DNA of 64,000 nt. It comes from Octopus sinensis. Taxonomy: Eukaryota. The translations under genes and the position numbers were made by a program. Shown one piece after another: positions 13,500 to 28,430 of the stretch. Below the pieces are notes generated by a model. That model was given only the letters and a program-made list of their open reading frames with translations. It was not told the DNA's origin and did not search any database. Location: NCBI RefSeq assembly GCF_006345805.1, contig NC_042999.1, positions 43,090,001 through 43,154,000 on the forward strand, read 5' to 3'. Every line of letters begins with the position of its first letter. Positions within the stretch are counted from its first letter, which is position 1.

Positions 13500-13699
13500 T
13501 TAAAAGTATACTCTCTGTCTCTTGCTTCTATTAATAAATTATAGCAACTGAAAAGTTTATTTTTTATCATTACAGAGTTGGATGACATTTTTTTTTTTTT
13601 TCAGCAAAGAAAAAAACCAGTTTTCTTAACCACTCTACAAATGATTGCACAAGAATGGCTTAGCGTCTTTGTTTAATCCTTTAGCATTTAAATTAGCCA

Positions 13700-14092
13700 T
13701 ATAGGTGCAGGAGTGGCTGTGTGGTAAGTAGCTTGCTTACGGACTGCATGGTCCCGGGTTCAGTTCCACTGTGTGGCACCTTGGATAAGTGTCTTCTACT
13801 ATAGCTTTGGGCCGACCAAAGCCTTGTGAGTGGATTTGGTAGACGGAAACTGAGAGAAACCCGTCATATATGTATATATATGGCTGTGTTTGTCCCCCCA
13901 ACATCGCTTAACAACTGATGCTGGTGTGTTTACGTCCCCGTACCTTAGCAGTTCAGCAAAAGAGACCAATAGAATAAGTACTAGCCTTACAAAGAATAAG
14001 CTCTGGGGTCGATTTGCTCGACTAAAGGCGGTGCACCAGCATGGCCATAGTCAAATGACTATAACAAGTAAAAGAGTATACATGTATACCTT
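13700..14092 (+). mobile_element. SINE family A, full length, inside a piggyBac-type MITE
   Basis: Head ataggtgcaggagtggc to tail aacaagtaaaagagta, with P1 MITE sequence on both sides. Confidence 0.85.
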
Positions 14093-15010
14093 GACCCAAA
14101 TGTTCTATCTGTTTTATGTTTAAACTGACCAAATCCAGCTTCTCCCACCTAATCTACAATGCCTTTTTTTAAAATAAACAATCACATCATTGAAATCTTA
14201 AAGCTACAAGATAATGCACGATTAATTCAACCGTTTAGCATTTAAACCAATCACATCAGGCCCAAATGTTGCATTTTGCTTTATGCTCAAACCAACCAGA
14301 TCCTGCTTCTTGCACCTACCCTACAATGCCATTCTGAACATAAACAATCACATCATCAAAATTTTGAAGCTACAAGGTAATGTGAAGCAGGATTGAATCA
14401 AAACAATTTGAATATAAACGCATTGCATTTGAAAGAATAATCCAAATGCTAAAGGTTAAAAGAATGTGGATAAATAAGCTGTACATACGAAAGAGTAATC
14501 TGAATGCTAAGGGGCTTAGTAAACTAAAGAACACTGAAGACTAACTGCTTTTAAAAAAGATGGCAATGTAGGAGAATTAACAGAAAATATAGTTAGGAAT
14601 ATTTCGTTTTTGGATTTGGTTTGCAAGATTCTTCATGAGTTCGTGTGTTTTAGGAAAATAAAAATAAGGGATAAGTGGAAATTTTACTGGTGAGTGTGTT
14701 AAATAATAAGGCACAAAAAAAGAATGACTCTCCCCAGACACAACAGAATAGTTAAGAATGTTAACACAAATGAAACCGAAGAACTCTGATCGAGAGCTTT
14801 ATGTCCTGATTTCTGTTGGAAATTAACCACTTCAAATGGCCAAGTACTTGACCAGTATTTTATTTTATCAATCTTGATATGGTGAAAGGCAATAGTGACT
14901 GAACCCAGAATGTAAAAAAACTGGAACTAATACAACAAAGTATTTCGTTGGACTTCTTTATGATTTTGCCAACCCACAACCTCCCAATGCTTGTTTCTTG
15001 GAGTGGCTGT

Positions 15011-15178
15011 ACAGGCGTAGGAGTGGCTCTGTGGTAAGTAGCTTGCTAACGAACCACATGGTTCCGGGTTCAGTCCCGCTGTGTGGCACCTTAGGCAAGT
15101 GTCTTCTACTGTAGCCTCGGCCCGACCAAAGCCTTGTGAGTGGATTTGGTAGACGGAAACTGAAAGAAGCCTGTCACA

Positions 15179-15212
<34 letters not shown>

Positions 15213-15980
15213 CATGTATGTATTATGTGTGTGTGTATGTTTGTGTGTCTGTGTTTGTCACCTGAACATCGCTTGACAACCAATGCTGGAGTGTTTACGT
15301 CCCCGTAACTTAGCGATTCAGCAAAATAGATCGATAGAATAAGTACTAGGCTTAGAAAGAACAAATCCTGGGGTCGATTTGCTCCACTAATAGGTGGTGC
15401 TCAAGCATGGCCACAGTCAAATGACTGAAACAAGTAAAAGAGTAAAAGAGAATATACCTTTTTATCTTTTGCTTGTTTTACTCATTGGATTGTGGTCATG
15501 CTGGAGCACCAGTATGAAGGATTTTTGTCAAATGAATCAACCCCATTATTTATTAAGCCCAATATTTATTTTATCGGTCTCTTTCAACCAAACTGCTAAG
15601 ATATGGGGACACACACAAACACACATCATATTCTTTTATTCTTTTACTTGTTTCGGTCATTAGACAGCAGCCATGCTGGAGCACCACCTTGAAGGGTTTT
15701 AGTTGAACAAATTGACCCCAAGACTTATTTCTTAAGCTTAGTACTTATTCTATTGGGCTTCTTTGCCAAACTACTAAATTACAAGGATGCAAACACACCA
15801 ACACCGGTGGGGAGGGGGACACAAAGACACACACGCACACAACAGGCTTTTTTCAGTTTCTATCAACTAAATCCACTCACAAGTCCTTTGTTGGTTCAAA
15901 GGCTTATAGGAGAAGACACTTGCCCAAGGTGCCATGCAATGGAACAGAAACCAAAAACCATGTAGTTAGGAAGCGAATTC
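15011..15980. mobile_element. SINE family A cluster: plus copy 15011-15452, then minus copies 15455-15980
   Basis: Direct similarity to the family; tail-to-tail arrangement. Confidence 0.8.
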
Positions 15981-16730
15981 TTATCAAATAGTCTTGAATA
16001 TGCCTATAAAACATAGGGCACAAAAGCTGAAATTATTTTTGGTGGGAGAGAATGAGGTATGCAAATCAAGCTCAATGTTTAATGTCTGCTTTATTTTATT
16101 AAACCTGGAAGAATGAAAGAGTAACAGAATTAGCTTCGGCAAGATTTGAAACATAGCTAAATTGTGCAAAGAATTTAAACCATCATTCTATCATTTTTAC
16201 ATTCCCACCATTCACAGCCTGCAGGGATAATAATTAACACCATATCACAAAAAATAAATAAATAAATAAATAAATAAACTTATACACTCTCCATTTAATG
16301 TGGATTCACATTAAATGCTAAGATACCTAATATCTTAACGAGACATGAAGTGCTAGACTTTTGTAGAGATGAGATGAGAAGTTGACACACGATGATGATG
16401 ATGATGATGATGAATGAAAGGAAAAACAAGATAAAAATACTAAGATAAAAAGAAAATGAAAAACAAAAAAAAAAGAAAGAAAGAACAGAAAATGCAAAAT
16501 TAATCAATAACAAAATGATAAATAATTGAATGGATGGAAATTAATGAAATTAAGTTAACGAGGCCAAATGAATAATTGCTGATATAATTTACCGACTGGG
16601 AGCTGAAGACTTTGTTTCTTTACACCAGTTGCATAAAAATGAAGCTACTCATATAACTCCAACATTTATACAGTTGTAACAACAACACTGGTGACACACA
16701 ACTGTGTCATACAAAAGTAACATTACAATA

Positions 16731-16838
16731 GTGACAGACAACTGTAACACAAGAACAGTGACTGCCAATTGTGACACAAGAACGGTGACAGACAATTGTG
16801 ACACAAGAACGGTGACAGACAATTGTAACACAAGAATA
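16731..16838. repeat. 27-bp tandem repeat, 4 units
   Basis: Unit gtgacagacaattgtgacacaagaacg starting at 16731, 16758, 16785 and 16812. Confidence 0.95.
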
Positions 16839-16914
16839 ATTTTGTATTGTTGGTGATCATTTCTTGTTATGAACTAAAGGAACTTGATTAGAGATTGCTA
16901 TTAGCTTCCTTACA

Positions 16915-17320
16915 TCTTTCTATATATATATAAAGCTGAAGTTGTCTGTGTATGGCAGGTTTGGTAGCCTTCAACTAACCCTATCTCCTCCGAGACCCTG
17001 CGGCGCAAGTTGACCAAAATTGAGAGTATGATAGAAGAAGGATTGTTCTTCCTTCTGTAGAAGAAGAAATTCAAATCTAACCATGTTAACACCAAAAATT
17101 ATTTACATCAAAAAGGTGCTTTTTTTTTTTCTATGAAAATCCCTATTTTTTACGATTTTTTTAATGTTGTGTCACCATTTCTCGGTGTATTTCAACCAGA
17201 AAAATGTTCAGTTAAAGAGAATAACAAGCTACATAATGCAAAATTTTTACATTTCTAAAATTCCAATTCTAAAAGGTTGTAAAGAAAAGAAGCCCGAGCA
17301 ACGATGGGCTATAATGCTAG
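16915..17320 (+). mobile_element. Non-autonomous Helitron
   Basis: 5' end A|TCTTTCTATATATATATAAAG. The 3' end has a hairpin (gcccgagcaacgatgggc) followed by CTAG|T. Inserted between A and T with no TSD. Confidence 0.82.
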
Positions 17321-18079
17321 TTATTTTATAAATGTACTCCCATTATTTTACTGCCCTAGTTGCAATACTAAGAGTTTCTCATTTGAGCACATGGAGGGTG
17401 ATTTTGAGTAGCGGGGTTAACCAATTAAATTGACTCCATTACTTGACTGGTATTTTACCAATGCAAGAGACCTGAAATTTTGGGGGATGGGGGTTGGCTG
17501 ATTACATTAACTCCAATGTGCAACTAGTACTTATTTCACTGACACTGAAAGAGATGAAACACAAAGTCAATCCCAGTTGAATTTGAACTCAGAATGTAAG
17601 GACAGCTGAAATGCTTGATTAACATTTTTGACTGGCATGCTAACAGTTCTGCCAGCTTGCCAACTTATATAATAATCATTTCTACACTAGACTAATGACT
17701 GAAATTTTGGAGAAAAGCACAGCTGATTACACCAACACCAATGCTCAACTAGTACTTTATTTTATCAATGGAAGGCTAAGTCAACCTTAGCCTTTCAACG
17801 AATGCAGAACATAAAGCCAGAGAAATGCTACTTAGCAAAGCTGACCATGGCAGTGTTTGAACTCAAAATGTAAAGAATCAAAAGAAATGCCACTAAGCAT
17901 TTTTCCAATGTGCCAACACTTTTGCCAGCTCACCAATAATTTTCTTATTATGCTTAGGAAGACAGATGAAGAGGGCATTAAAAGGACAAACTACAAAAAG
18001 TATGAGACTTTACAATGAAAGTGAAACAAGAAGTAATGGCATACACAGCACAAAATACAGCAATGTACAAAGAGAAGCA

Positions 18080-18640
18080 CAGCCACTTAGAGGCCAACTG
18101 AGAAACCCTACTGGTTGTGGATTGCCTTAACTGCCCATGGTAAGTGCCCACTCCCACCTCTATTCCCCAGTGTACAAGCACTTGCAGAGAATGGGTCCAT
18201 TTACACACCACTCTTACCAATCTTTCGGCAAATTATCTGCAAACCAGTTCCTCCTCTCCACAATCAGCTTCCCATCTAAAAGAAAACTTGAGAATGATGG
18301 AATGGCCAAAGAGGAAAGTGTCTATTCTTTCATTCATACCCACCACACAGCCATGCTTGTCATAATCACCAGACAGAAGTTAACTACCCAACCCATCCTG
18401 AATGGCAGACACCTACACTTTTTGTTTAATTTAATACCACAGTCATCTGGACCTTGGGTTTGGTCTCCAGTCAATTGCAAGCATTCGGAACTCAAGTCTC
18501 CAGTAGAGATTAGGCAAGTCAATATCTTGAAACGAGCTACAACCTTCAAGAGCAGCCACAAATCAGCTGCGATTTCTTCTCCCCCAAGCACTTTTCCTCC
18601 ACCAGTCTTGGAGACCCTGCAAACAAACAGTCATAGGTAT
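18080..18640 (+). mobile_element. Possible ancient non-LTR retrotransposon fragment
   Basis: High-complexity island. One stop-broken frame reads WPKRKVSILSFIP...YHSHLDLGFGLQSI, loosely like a post-RT GGLG region. Confidence 0.3.
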
Positions 18641-19702
18641 CATAACTCTTCCATTTAGGTCGATCATGAACCCAGGGACTCATAGCTTAATTAGGTGTCC
18701 ATGATATGTAAGTGGCCAAAATCACACCACACCACTTTCTGAAAAGGATGTCAGTCCACTCTACTGTTAACTCCCCACCTATTTCTGGAATTCAATTTCA
18801 AATGAGTGACAGACTGGAGCAACATGGAATTAAGTGTATTGCTCACAAGTACAACATACCACAGGGTTCAGAAACTGAAACCACGATCTTACAGTTGTGA
18901 GTACAACACAATTATTAGGCCTTGCACCTTCACTGATTCTTCCTTTAGTTATGTGTGTGTGTGTGTGTGTGTGTGTGAGTGTGTTCACGTGCATGTATAT
19001 ATACATATACACACATAATCATTGAATGTCCATTTTTCATGCTGACATGTGAAGAATGGTTTGACCAGAGCTAGTAAGCAGGAGAGATGCACCAGCTTCC
19101 AGTCTGATTAAGCTTGGTTTCTATGGCTGGATGCCCTTCCTAATGCCAGCCACTTTACATAGTGTGCTGGGTGCATTTTATATTACACCAGCATGGCTGC
19201 ATTTATGTGGCACTATGTTTAGAAAAATTTTACAGGATTTTTACATCAAAGGGTAATGTAATAAATTCTATACAAGAGCAAGTATCGGGATGCTTGCACA
19301 TGAGGTAGTTCACATTTGCCAAGTATAAATGAATAATTACCATTTAAACTATATATGGCTTTGAAATGATGAACTAAAAATGAATGAAATGATAATCTAA
19401 TAAGAACTTGAAATAGAGATTGTTCGTATCTAACTTAATGGACAGTTTTACATTATACAATGCAGAGTTTCTAAAAGGAAATCATTAAATGGCCATACCA
19501 AGGGATATCAAGTTAAGACCTTGAAGAGACTGTACCATTTTAAAGTAGGGTTGCAATTGCAACAGCTACTAATCGATGCAGTTGAAATGCAATATATAAT
19601 TATAGAAGTAAAGGTAATGCTTTTGCCGTACTTCAGAGTAATCCTTATTTTTAATATTGTCAGTATATATATATATATATATAATATATATATATATATA
19701 TG

Positions 19703-20038
19703 CTGAGACCCACTCCAGTCATGACAGACAATGGGATTGCACATAGAAAGTTACCCTCCCGGGCACAAGTCCAGGCAAGGTTGTTTATAGAAGACCAACA
19801 GTCGCCCATGCTTACCGGCCTCCCTTCACCACGCAACCAGTGTTATCCAAAGGAAAAGCAAAAGGGCCAATACAGCTTAACACCAGTGACATCGCAGCTC
19901 ATTTATACAGCTGAGTGAACTGGAGCAACGTGAAATAAAGTGTCTTGCTCAAGAACACAACACACAGCCCGGTCCGGGATTTGAACTCACAACCTCGCGA
20001 TTGTAAGCTCGGCGCTCTAACCACTGAGCCATGCGCCT
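19703..20038 (-). mobile_element. tRNA-derived CORE-like SINE
   Basis: Minus strand has A box TGGCTCAGTGG, B box GAGTTCAAATCC and CORE-like gtgttcttgagcaagacactt...cactcagctg. Decayed relatives at ~4790-4915, 18740-18930 and 46740-46950. Confidence 0.78.
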
Positions 20039-21744
20039 ATGTATGCATGTACATACGTACAAATATATATTTTATTTTTTCTTTGTTTCAGTCATTAGAT
20101 TGCAGCCATGCTGGGGTACCACCCCAAAGAATTTTAGCTCAATGAATTGACCCTAGTACTTTATTGTTAAGTCTTTTGCCAAACCATTTAGTTACAGGGA
20201 TGCAAATATACCAACACTGGTTGACAGGCAGTGGAAGAGGGGGAGACAAACACAAAAACAAAGATATATACATAGATATATAAACAAATCAGGCTTCTTT
20301 CAGTTTCCGTGCACCAAATCTGCTCACAAGGTTTTAGTTTAGTTAGCTCAAGGCTATAGTAGAATGCACTTGCTCAAGGTGCCATGCAGTGATATTGAAC
20401 CTGTGGTTGGGGATAAAGCTTCTTACCACATATATATGAAAAATTCTAATTGCTCACTGAGATTGGCTTTCCCTTTCATCAGCATTAACAAAATATGTAC
20501 CAGTGATACAATACAAATGAAGGGGGGAACAGGCATTTAGTTGGCTAGACAACAACAATATACTACCAGCCCGACAAATTCACACCCCTTGCACAGCAAA
20601 CTGAAGCAGAAATTGCTTTCATATGCAATAAAAACAAAACCTCATTATTTATTTATTTTATATATATGTGGCAAAATATATTAAAGACGCAAAACAAGAA
20701 AGAAAAAACCCATTAATGTTATTTATTGTTTGCATTGTATTGCTGTTAGTGTTATTAAATTGAAATCAAAATAAATGCTCCAATACTATATAAATTGTAC
20801 TTTAACGATGTGTTTTTGTAAGGTAATTAAATTTAAATTCAGAAAAGGAATTTATTGAATCACTTAGGAATATATTTCACGATTTATGCATAGATACATA
20901 CATACGTTCATGCTTGAGCACACACACACACACATCCCTGTGTATATATGTGTGTAGGTGTGTATACATATATAAACACATATTCAAGCATATTTATATA
21001 TGCATGTGCACATACATAATGTATTTGCATATAGCTACAAATATACACACAGCACCAATAATTCATAATTATTCACATGTGCGAGTGGGTGTATATATAT
21101 CATATCTATAAACATATATACACACACAAATATATGCACATGTGAGTGTATGTATATACATAAATACATATATATATTTGCACACATACATACATACACA
21201 TATATATATATATATACACACACACATACATACATACATACATACATACACAAGATTTCTTGACAGCTTCTGCTGAAAACACATTTACACACATACAGCA
21301 AGGAAGAGAAAAATAATTATATCTAGTTTAATATCTGACTGTCCAGAGGCAAAACTGTTCTGAGTTTGTCTGTTGTACTCATGTATTATATATATATTTA
21401 TATTTATGCATTTTTCTCCATTATTTATACAGATATTAGTTTATTTGTTTGTTTCTATAAAATTCTCTGCAAGATATTTGTACAAAGAATCACATCCCTT
21501 CCTCTGTAACACCTTGTGTGTGGAATATGCAGTCTCCCCTTTTCTTCTCTCCTTCCCTCTGTGTGTGTGTATGTGTGTGAGTCCTTTTCATTTCTCTATA
21601 TATCTATCTCTCCGACTGGCTTTTTACACATTGCTCTTCCATCTCTCTCTCCAATACACATAAATATACAAATACATACGTAACATATTTGCAGACATAT
21701 CTATAATATACACACATATACATACAAAAATACATCATTATCAT

Positions 21745-21778
<34 letters not shown>

Positions 21779-22244
21779 GCACACACACAAACACCCTGCA
21801 ACATGCATACAGATATACAAAAACATATATATCATCATCATCATCATCATCGTTTAGCGTCCGCTTTCCATGCTGGCATGGGTTGGACAGTGCAACTGGG
21901 GTCTGGGAAGCCAGAAGGCTGCACCAGGCCCAGTCTGATCTGGCAATGTTTCTACGGCTGGATGCCCTTCCTAACGCCAACCACTCCGTGAGTGTAGTGG
22001 GTGCTATAACATATTTTTACTTATATACCTATAAAACACACATACACGTATATACATTACGCACACACATCATCGACATTATATGCATGTGTATATAAAT
22101 AAATATAAATAAACACACAAACACATACCCGTTAACATACATAGCCAATATTTACTCACATATCTACAATACACACTTATACATGGATACATGCACACAC
22201 ACACATATCATATCATCAGAGACATATATATTCTTTTTTTTCTT

Positions 22245-22416
22245 CTTTTACTGGTTTCAGTCATTTCACTGCGGCCATGCTAGAGCGCCACCTTTAGCCA
22301 AACAAATTGACCCCAGTACTTATTCTATCAGTCTCTTTTGCCGAAATGCTAAGTTACAGGCACATAAAACACCAGCATCAGTTTGTCAAGTAATGGTTGG
22401 GGGACAACCACACATA

Positions 22417-22498
<82 letters not shown>

Positions 22499-22577
22499 AT
22501 ATATATATATATGTGTATATATATATATATATGTGTGTGTATATATATATGTGTGTATATATATATATGTGTGTGTG

Positions 22578-22618
<41 letters not shown>

Positions 22619-22794
22619 TCACACACACATGACAGGCTTCTTCCAGTTTTCCATCTACCAAATCCACTCACAAGGCTTCAGTCTGCCTGAAGCTATAGTA
22701 GAAGACACTTGCTCAAGGTACCATGTAGTGAGACTGAACCCAGAAGCATGTGGTTGGGAAGCAAGCTTCTTACAACACAGTCACACCTGTGCTT

Positions 22795-22795
<1 letters not shown>
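22245..22795 (-). mobile_element. SINE family A with a greatly expanded internal (TA/TG)n tract
   Basis: The two SINE halves flank ~220 bp of mixed dinucleotide repeat. Confidence 0.8.
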
Positions 22796-22829
<34 letters not shown>

Positions 22830-23185
22830 GATGTGCACACACACGTGTTTCAGTTTTTCTACCTTGTATATCTATGTATCTATCTGTCTCACAGCTTATA
22901 ACTTTTTCTTCATCCATTTTTCTACATCTACACTTCCTACCCACTCTCCACTATATGTAACATATATTATACACAAATTTATATCATCATCATCATTGTT
23001 TAACGTCCGCTTTCCATGCTAGCATGGGTTGGACGGTTCAAGCATGGAAAGCAGACGTTAAACGATGATGATGATGATGATAATATATGTTACATATGCA
23101 CATACATACACAAATTTATACACACATAAATGTATTTGCATATATAAACAAACACAAATAGATACACATGATGGATGGATGGATG

Positions 23186-23263
<78 letters not shown>

Positions 23264-23577
23264 TAGATAAATGGACAGACAGACAGACAGACAGATAGAT
23301 AGATAAAGTAGACAGATAAATGGACAGATAGACAGATAGATAGATAGATAGAGACAGACAGACAGATATGTACGTCTATGTGCCAGTGTGTAACGCTACA
23401 TCACAACTGCCACAATACCCACCCATCAACTCCCTCAATATTCTCCTTCCTCATCTCCCACTCTACAAAACAACCAAATATGCTTCTTTTTATTTATTTA
23501 TTATTCACTGGTTTCATATTTTCTGCTACATATCCTAAAAAATACAACTTATTATAATTTTTCTTTCTTTCTTCTCA

Positions 23578-23609
<32 letters not shown>

Positions 23610-23879
23610 TTATTTTTCAATCATAAAAAAATGTCATTTTCTTTTATTTTCCTTTGTTATTTATTTATTTATTTTTTTGGCTCTAACAACCACTTCTGCT
23701 TCATGTACTTGTGTAAAGTCTTCAGAGAAGGGTGGTGGTGGTGGTGGTGGTGGCGGTGCAACTGGGCTTGCCCATTTAGCATCTGGTGTGCGAGAGAGAT
23801 AGAGAGAGAGTGCTTGAATGTGTATGCATGTTTGTAATAGCCTGTATTAGTGTCACTGGGTAAGTGTGTGCATGTGTTA

Positions 23880-24400
<521 letters not shown>

Positions 24401-25181
24401 TGTATAAATATCAATATATTAAATGTGTGCGTGTGTGCATGCATGAGTGCTTTGTCCATGTCATGTCTGTGTGTCTGTAGCACTACACAGATAGAGTACA
24501 GCACTTACAGGGGATGCTATTAATAATTGAGTGGATGATTTTCTTCAGCATCTTCCCAAAGCACTGCCAGATAAACAGACATAATCAAGGCTAATCTTTG
24601 AGCAGGGAGAAGGAAGAGAGATTACACAGAGACAGATGGAGAAAGTACTAATTCCAAGTATGTATCTAAGTTACAGACCCCCCCCCCCGTGACCTTATGC
24701 GGAAATCACTGTAAGGAAATTACCGTTTTTATTTTTTTTTTATTGCTGTGCTTTTGCTTTCTTTTGAGGTGTTTCATTATTTTTTTTTTTTAATTCCTTT
24801 GTCCGTTTCATACCTATTCCCTCGTTGTTCTTCTAACCCCTTTCACTTCTACACATATTCAAGGAAATAAAAATTGCAAATCAATTTAGATGTAATGAGT
24901 ATTGGTAGGGCATCAGACAAATGGCTGTCATCATCATCATCATCAACATCCACTTAATGTGTGCAGTTTATTTGAAGAAAAGTTTCTATGGCTGGATGGC
25001 CTTCCTGTCACCAATTCTCACCAAGGTAATATTTCCCTGTGACCAGAGAAATGTGAGAAATGCTCTCACAAGATATTGGAAATGACACAGCTTGTAAGAC
25101 ACTAACATTCATTTACTACTAAGACAAAGAAACACAACCACTCACATAGCCACACACAGCTTTTACATATATATATATATA

Positions 25182-26071
25182 TTGGGTCATCCCATAAATA
25201 ATGCAGTTTTCTTTCTTAATACTTCTTTCATTTTTCAAAATTAAGACAAAGTTCATTTTTCATCTAAAATATACTCTCCTTCATTTTCTACAATGCTCTT
25301 CCATCTATCTAATACACTTGCAAGGGCCCTCTTCCAAAATTCACTTGTCCATGACACAAAATACTCCTCCAGTACTGTTCTGACCTTGTCTACAGAATTC
25401 ATATTTTTTTTTCCATCCAATTGATTTTGAAGACTGTGGAATAAATGATAATTAGATGGGACAACGTCCAGCAAACATGGTGGATGGGGCATCGTTTCCC
25501 ATTCAAACTGCTCCAGCCTTTGGAATGCCATCCTGGCTGTATGTGGCCAAGCATTATCCTGATGGAAGAACACCTTTCGTCTAGCACTGACTTGACTTAC
25601 TGGTTGAATGACCAAATCCCAGCTTCTCTGCTAGTTCCTCAACAGTTACAATGGAATTTTGTTCCACCAGGATTTGCAGGACATCCTTATCAAGCTCTAC
25701 AAACCTTCCAAGATGAGGCTCGTCTCCTAGGTTGTAGTTTCTGGATCAGGATTTCTGGAGCCAACATTGACACTGGCTTACACTTCTTACCCAATCCCCA
25801 TATATTGCACAATATTCCTTGCACTTTCCATAGCATTGTTGCCTAAATTGAACTCATAAAGCAAAACATGTTGAATATGCTCCTTTGCCACTTCTATTGT
25901 AACTTTGAAAAAATAACTGTTAAAATCAAACTGCACTCTTCAAAACTAGCACTAAGAATATGAACAAGGTAAAATCACTACATGTTTTTATAGCAAGTAG
26001 TTTATCTCGTCCCCCTCCAACTTTTAGTTCATGCAATTGAAAACCACCAAATTATTTATGGAATGACCCTA
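25182..26071 (-). mobile_element. Internally deleted mariner (DD34D) transposon
   Basis: TIRs TTGGGTCATCCCATAAATAAT and ATTATTTATGGAATGACCCTA, with TA on both sides. ORF 25253-25615 encodes FFHQDNAWPHT...WETMPHPP...SNYHLF...RW..IVENEGEY, the mariner catalytic C-terminus with degenerate motifs. Confidence 0.92.
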
Positions 26072-26115
26072 TATACACACAAAGGTGGTGTTGTTTGTTA
26101 TCACTGATCAGAGGG

Positions 26116-26183
<68 letters not shown>

Positions 26184-26291
26184 ATAGTTCAAGTTTACAG
26201 AAAATAAAAGATGATGACAGGTATAGGAACAACAAGCAGGTGTATTAGTTTAATGCTCAGGAAATGTTTCAAGCCTACACTCTTCAACATA

Positions 26292-26325
<34 letters not shown>

Positions 26326-27133
26326 CATACATACACACACAACAGGCTTTTTTCAGTTTCCATCAACCAAATCCAATCACAAGGCTGTAAACAACTTTGC
26401 CCGGACTTATCCCATTGAAGGGAACATCTAGATGCAAATATAAGGTCATTCATGACCAAAGCAGGTCTTTACTCTTTTACAGACACACATATATGCATGC
26501 ACACAAACATCATTGGCTGTGGCATCTCCCTTGCCATCCTCCAGAGCAACACCTTTTCCATTTAGTTTGCTGAGACCAGGAGGCAGTTTGAAGTACAGGA
26601 AATCAAGAGAATGCAAAAATTTCATAGTTTACTACACAAGGTTAGTCTGACCTAGTAAAAAGAGAAATAGAATAAATAATAAAATGGAGTGAAGGTAAAC
26701 CTTGCCATACCTATCACAGTGTAACACCCCCCCTCTTTGGTTTATAAGTGTCATTTCTTATTTACTTATAGCTAGAAATCAAAGGAAAAACTCTTCTCTT
26801 CAAATTTTGCTTTTGTGACCTGGGCATCAATGTTTTGAAATTGACCTATTTCCTATTACATTTGAGACACATTCAGTGGTGAGTTGCTGAAGCAGAAATA
26901 TTATAGCAAATATTCTGCTCAATGTCACAAATTTGTTTTTCAGATGCTTGACCATAACCACCTGCGCATGTCCCATAGTGGCAAACGATATGTGCATCTC
27001 TAATCCTGAGCAGCAGCAGAGGATATCATAGCCATGTGTTGAGAAAGATTCTTCAAACTTATACGATCTGCTTAGTAAAAAACTAAGTCTTGAAAATGCA
27101 CATTTGAAGTTGGTTTTTCTATTTATATATATA

Positions 27134-27639
27134 CTAGCAGTATTGCCCGGCATTGCTCGGGTTTGTAAGGGAAATAACTATATAAGCATTTTTAGAGAGT
27201 TACTTCCCTTATAGACGCCAATTCGGGCTTTCTTAGCCATTTCTGTTTTGGTGTCTTCAAGCCATGAAGTCGTTGTTCTAAAAGAACGCTGGTCTCCTTG
27301 TAACGCTTTACGACGTTGATTTCCTTACACTCCCTTCCCCACAGCTTCACGGGGGAGGGAAGAAGGGGGAGAAGCAAACAGGTGCAGGTGTGACCATGGA
27401 CGCCAACTCCGCCGCCACACGAAAAATTATGCATTAAAATGGAATAAAAAATGATGTTAAATTATTTTTAAAATCGTAGACTCATCGTAGACGCGTGCTA
27501 ATACTCAGACGGGCTCAATATGAATCACGACTATAAGATACCCGAATTTCGTTAAACTGCACCGCAAAATGTGGGAGTAGTTAGGAATCTAAATCGAAGG
27601 GGACAGACACTCACACAACTACAGTTTTATATATATAGA
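27134..27639 (-). mobile_element. Non-autonomous Helitron, young and CpG-rich
   Basis: On the minus strand the 5' end is A|TCTATATATATAAAACTG. The 3' end has a hairpin (cccgagcaatgccggg) followed by CTAG|T. Confidence 0.85.
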
Positions 27640-28284
27640 TATAACAAGCTCCATATATAGCAACATACTGCGATAGGCTATACGCCATTCACTCTTTGTA
27701 ATCAGCGTCTCTAAAGCCAGCTTGTTTTACTCAATATTTTCATTATGTAACTTCTAAAACAACTTAGGTGGAAAAATTAGCACACATCCAAAATTCCTAG
27801 CTGGTGTTATTAAGGGTTAAATAATAAATAATCTGGGGGTTTACAGCAATTCTAAATGTATTACATCACAATGTGAAAGTTCTGCTGCTTCTTCCCCCTA
27901 ACCACCCTGGTGATTAAACTACCAAAAAGTTACAAACAGCCATTTTCATACCACTGGTGTTTTTCATTAATAACCACACAACCCCCCCCCCCATCTCTCT
28001 TTCTCTATCCTAACTTCACTGCTTCTAATCTTTTTATCATCTTTTTTTTTTACCTTTCACACACTATTTCCACTACCTTTAATTACATTCCTCTCCCCAC
28101 TCCCCTATCATTCCCTTTGCATGCCTGTCTGTCTGTGTGAGTGAGTGTTTGTGTGTGTGTAATTATTTATTTTGTAAATACAGAAAGAATGCATTTTCAT
28201 GCAAAGCTTACTAAAAGTGCTCAATAGATTTCAATATCTTAAATTACACAAAATTCCTAGAGCCATATGTATACATGTGTGTGT

Positions 28285-28344
<60 letters not shown>

Positions 28345-28430
28345 ATCCAAACAAGAAAGCACAAAAAAACACAACAACGCGAGGACGTTGAACAAATATA
28401 GTATTATTGGACGCTCAGGAAAGAAGGAGG

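Noticed and set aside
16731-16838. CRISPR-like array
   Set aside because: The units are contiguous with no unique spacers, the context is eukaryotic, and there are no cas genes.
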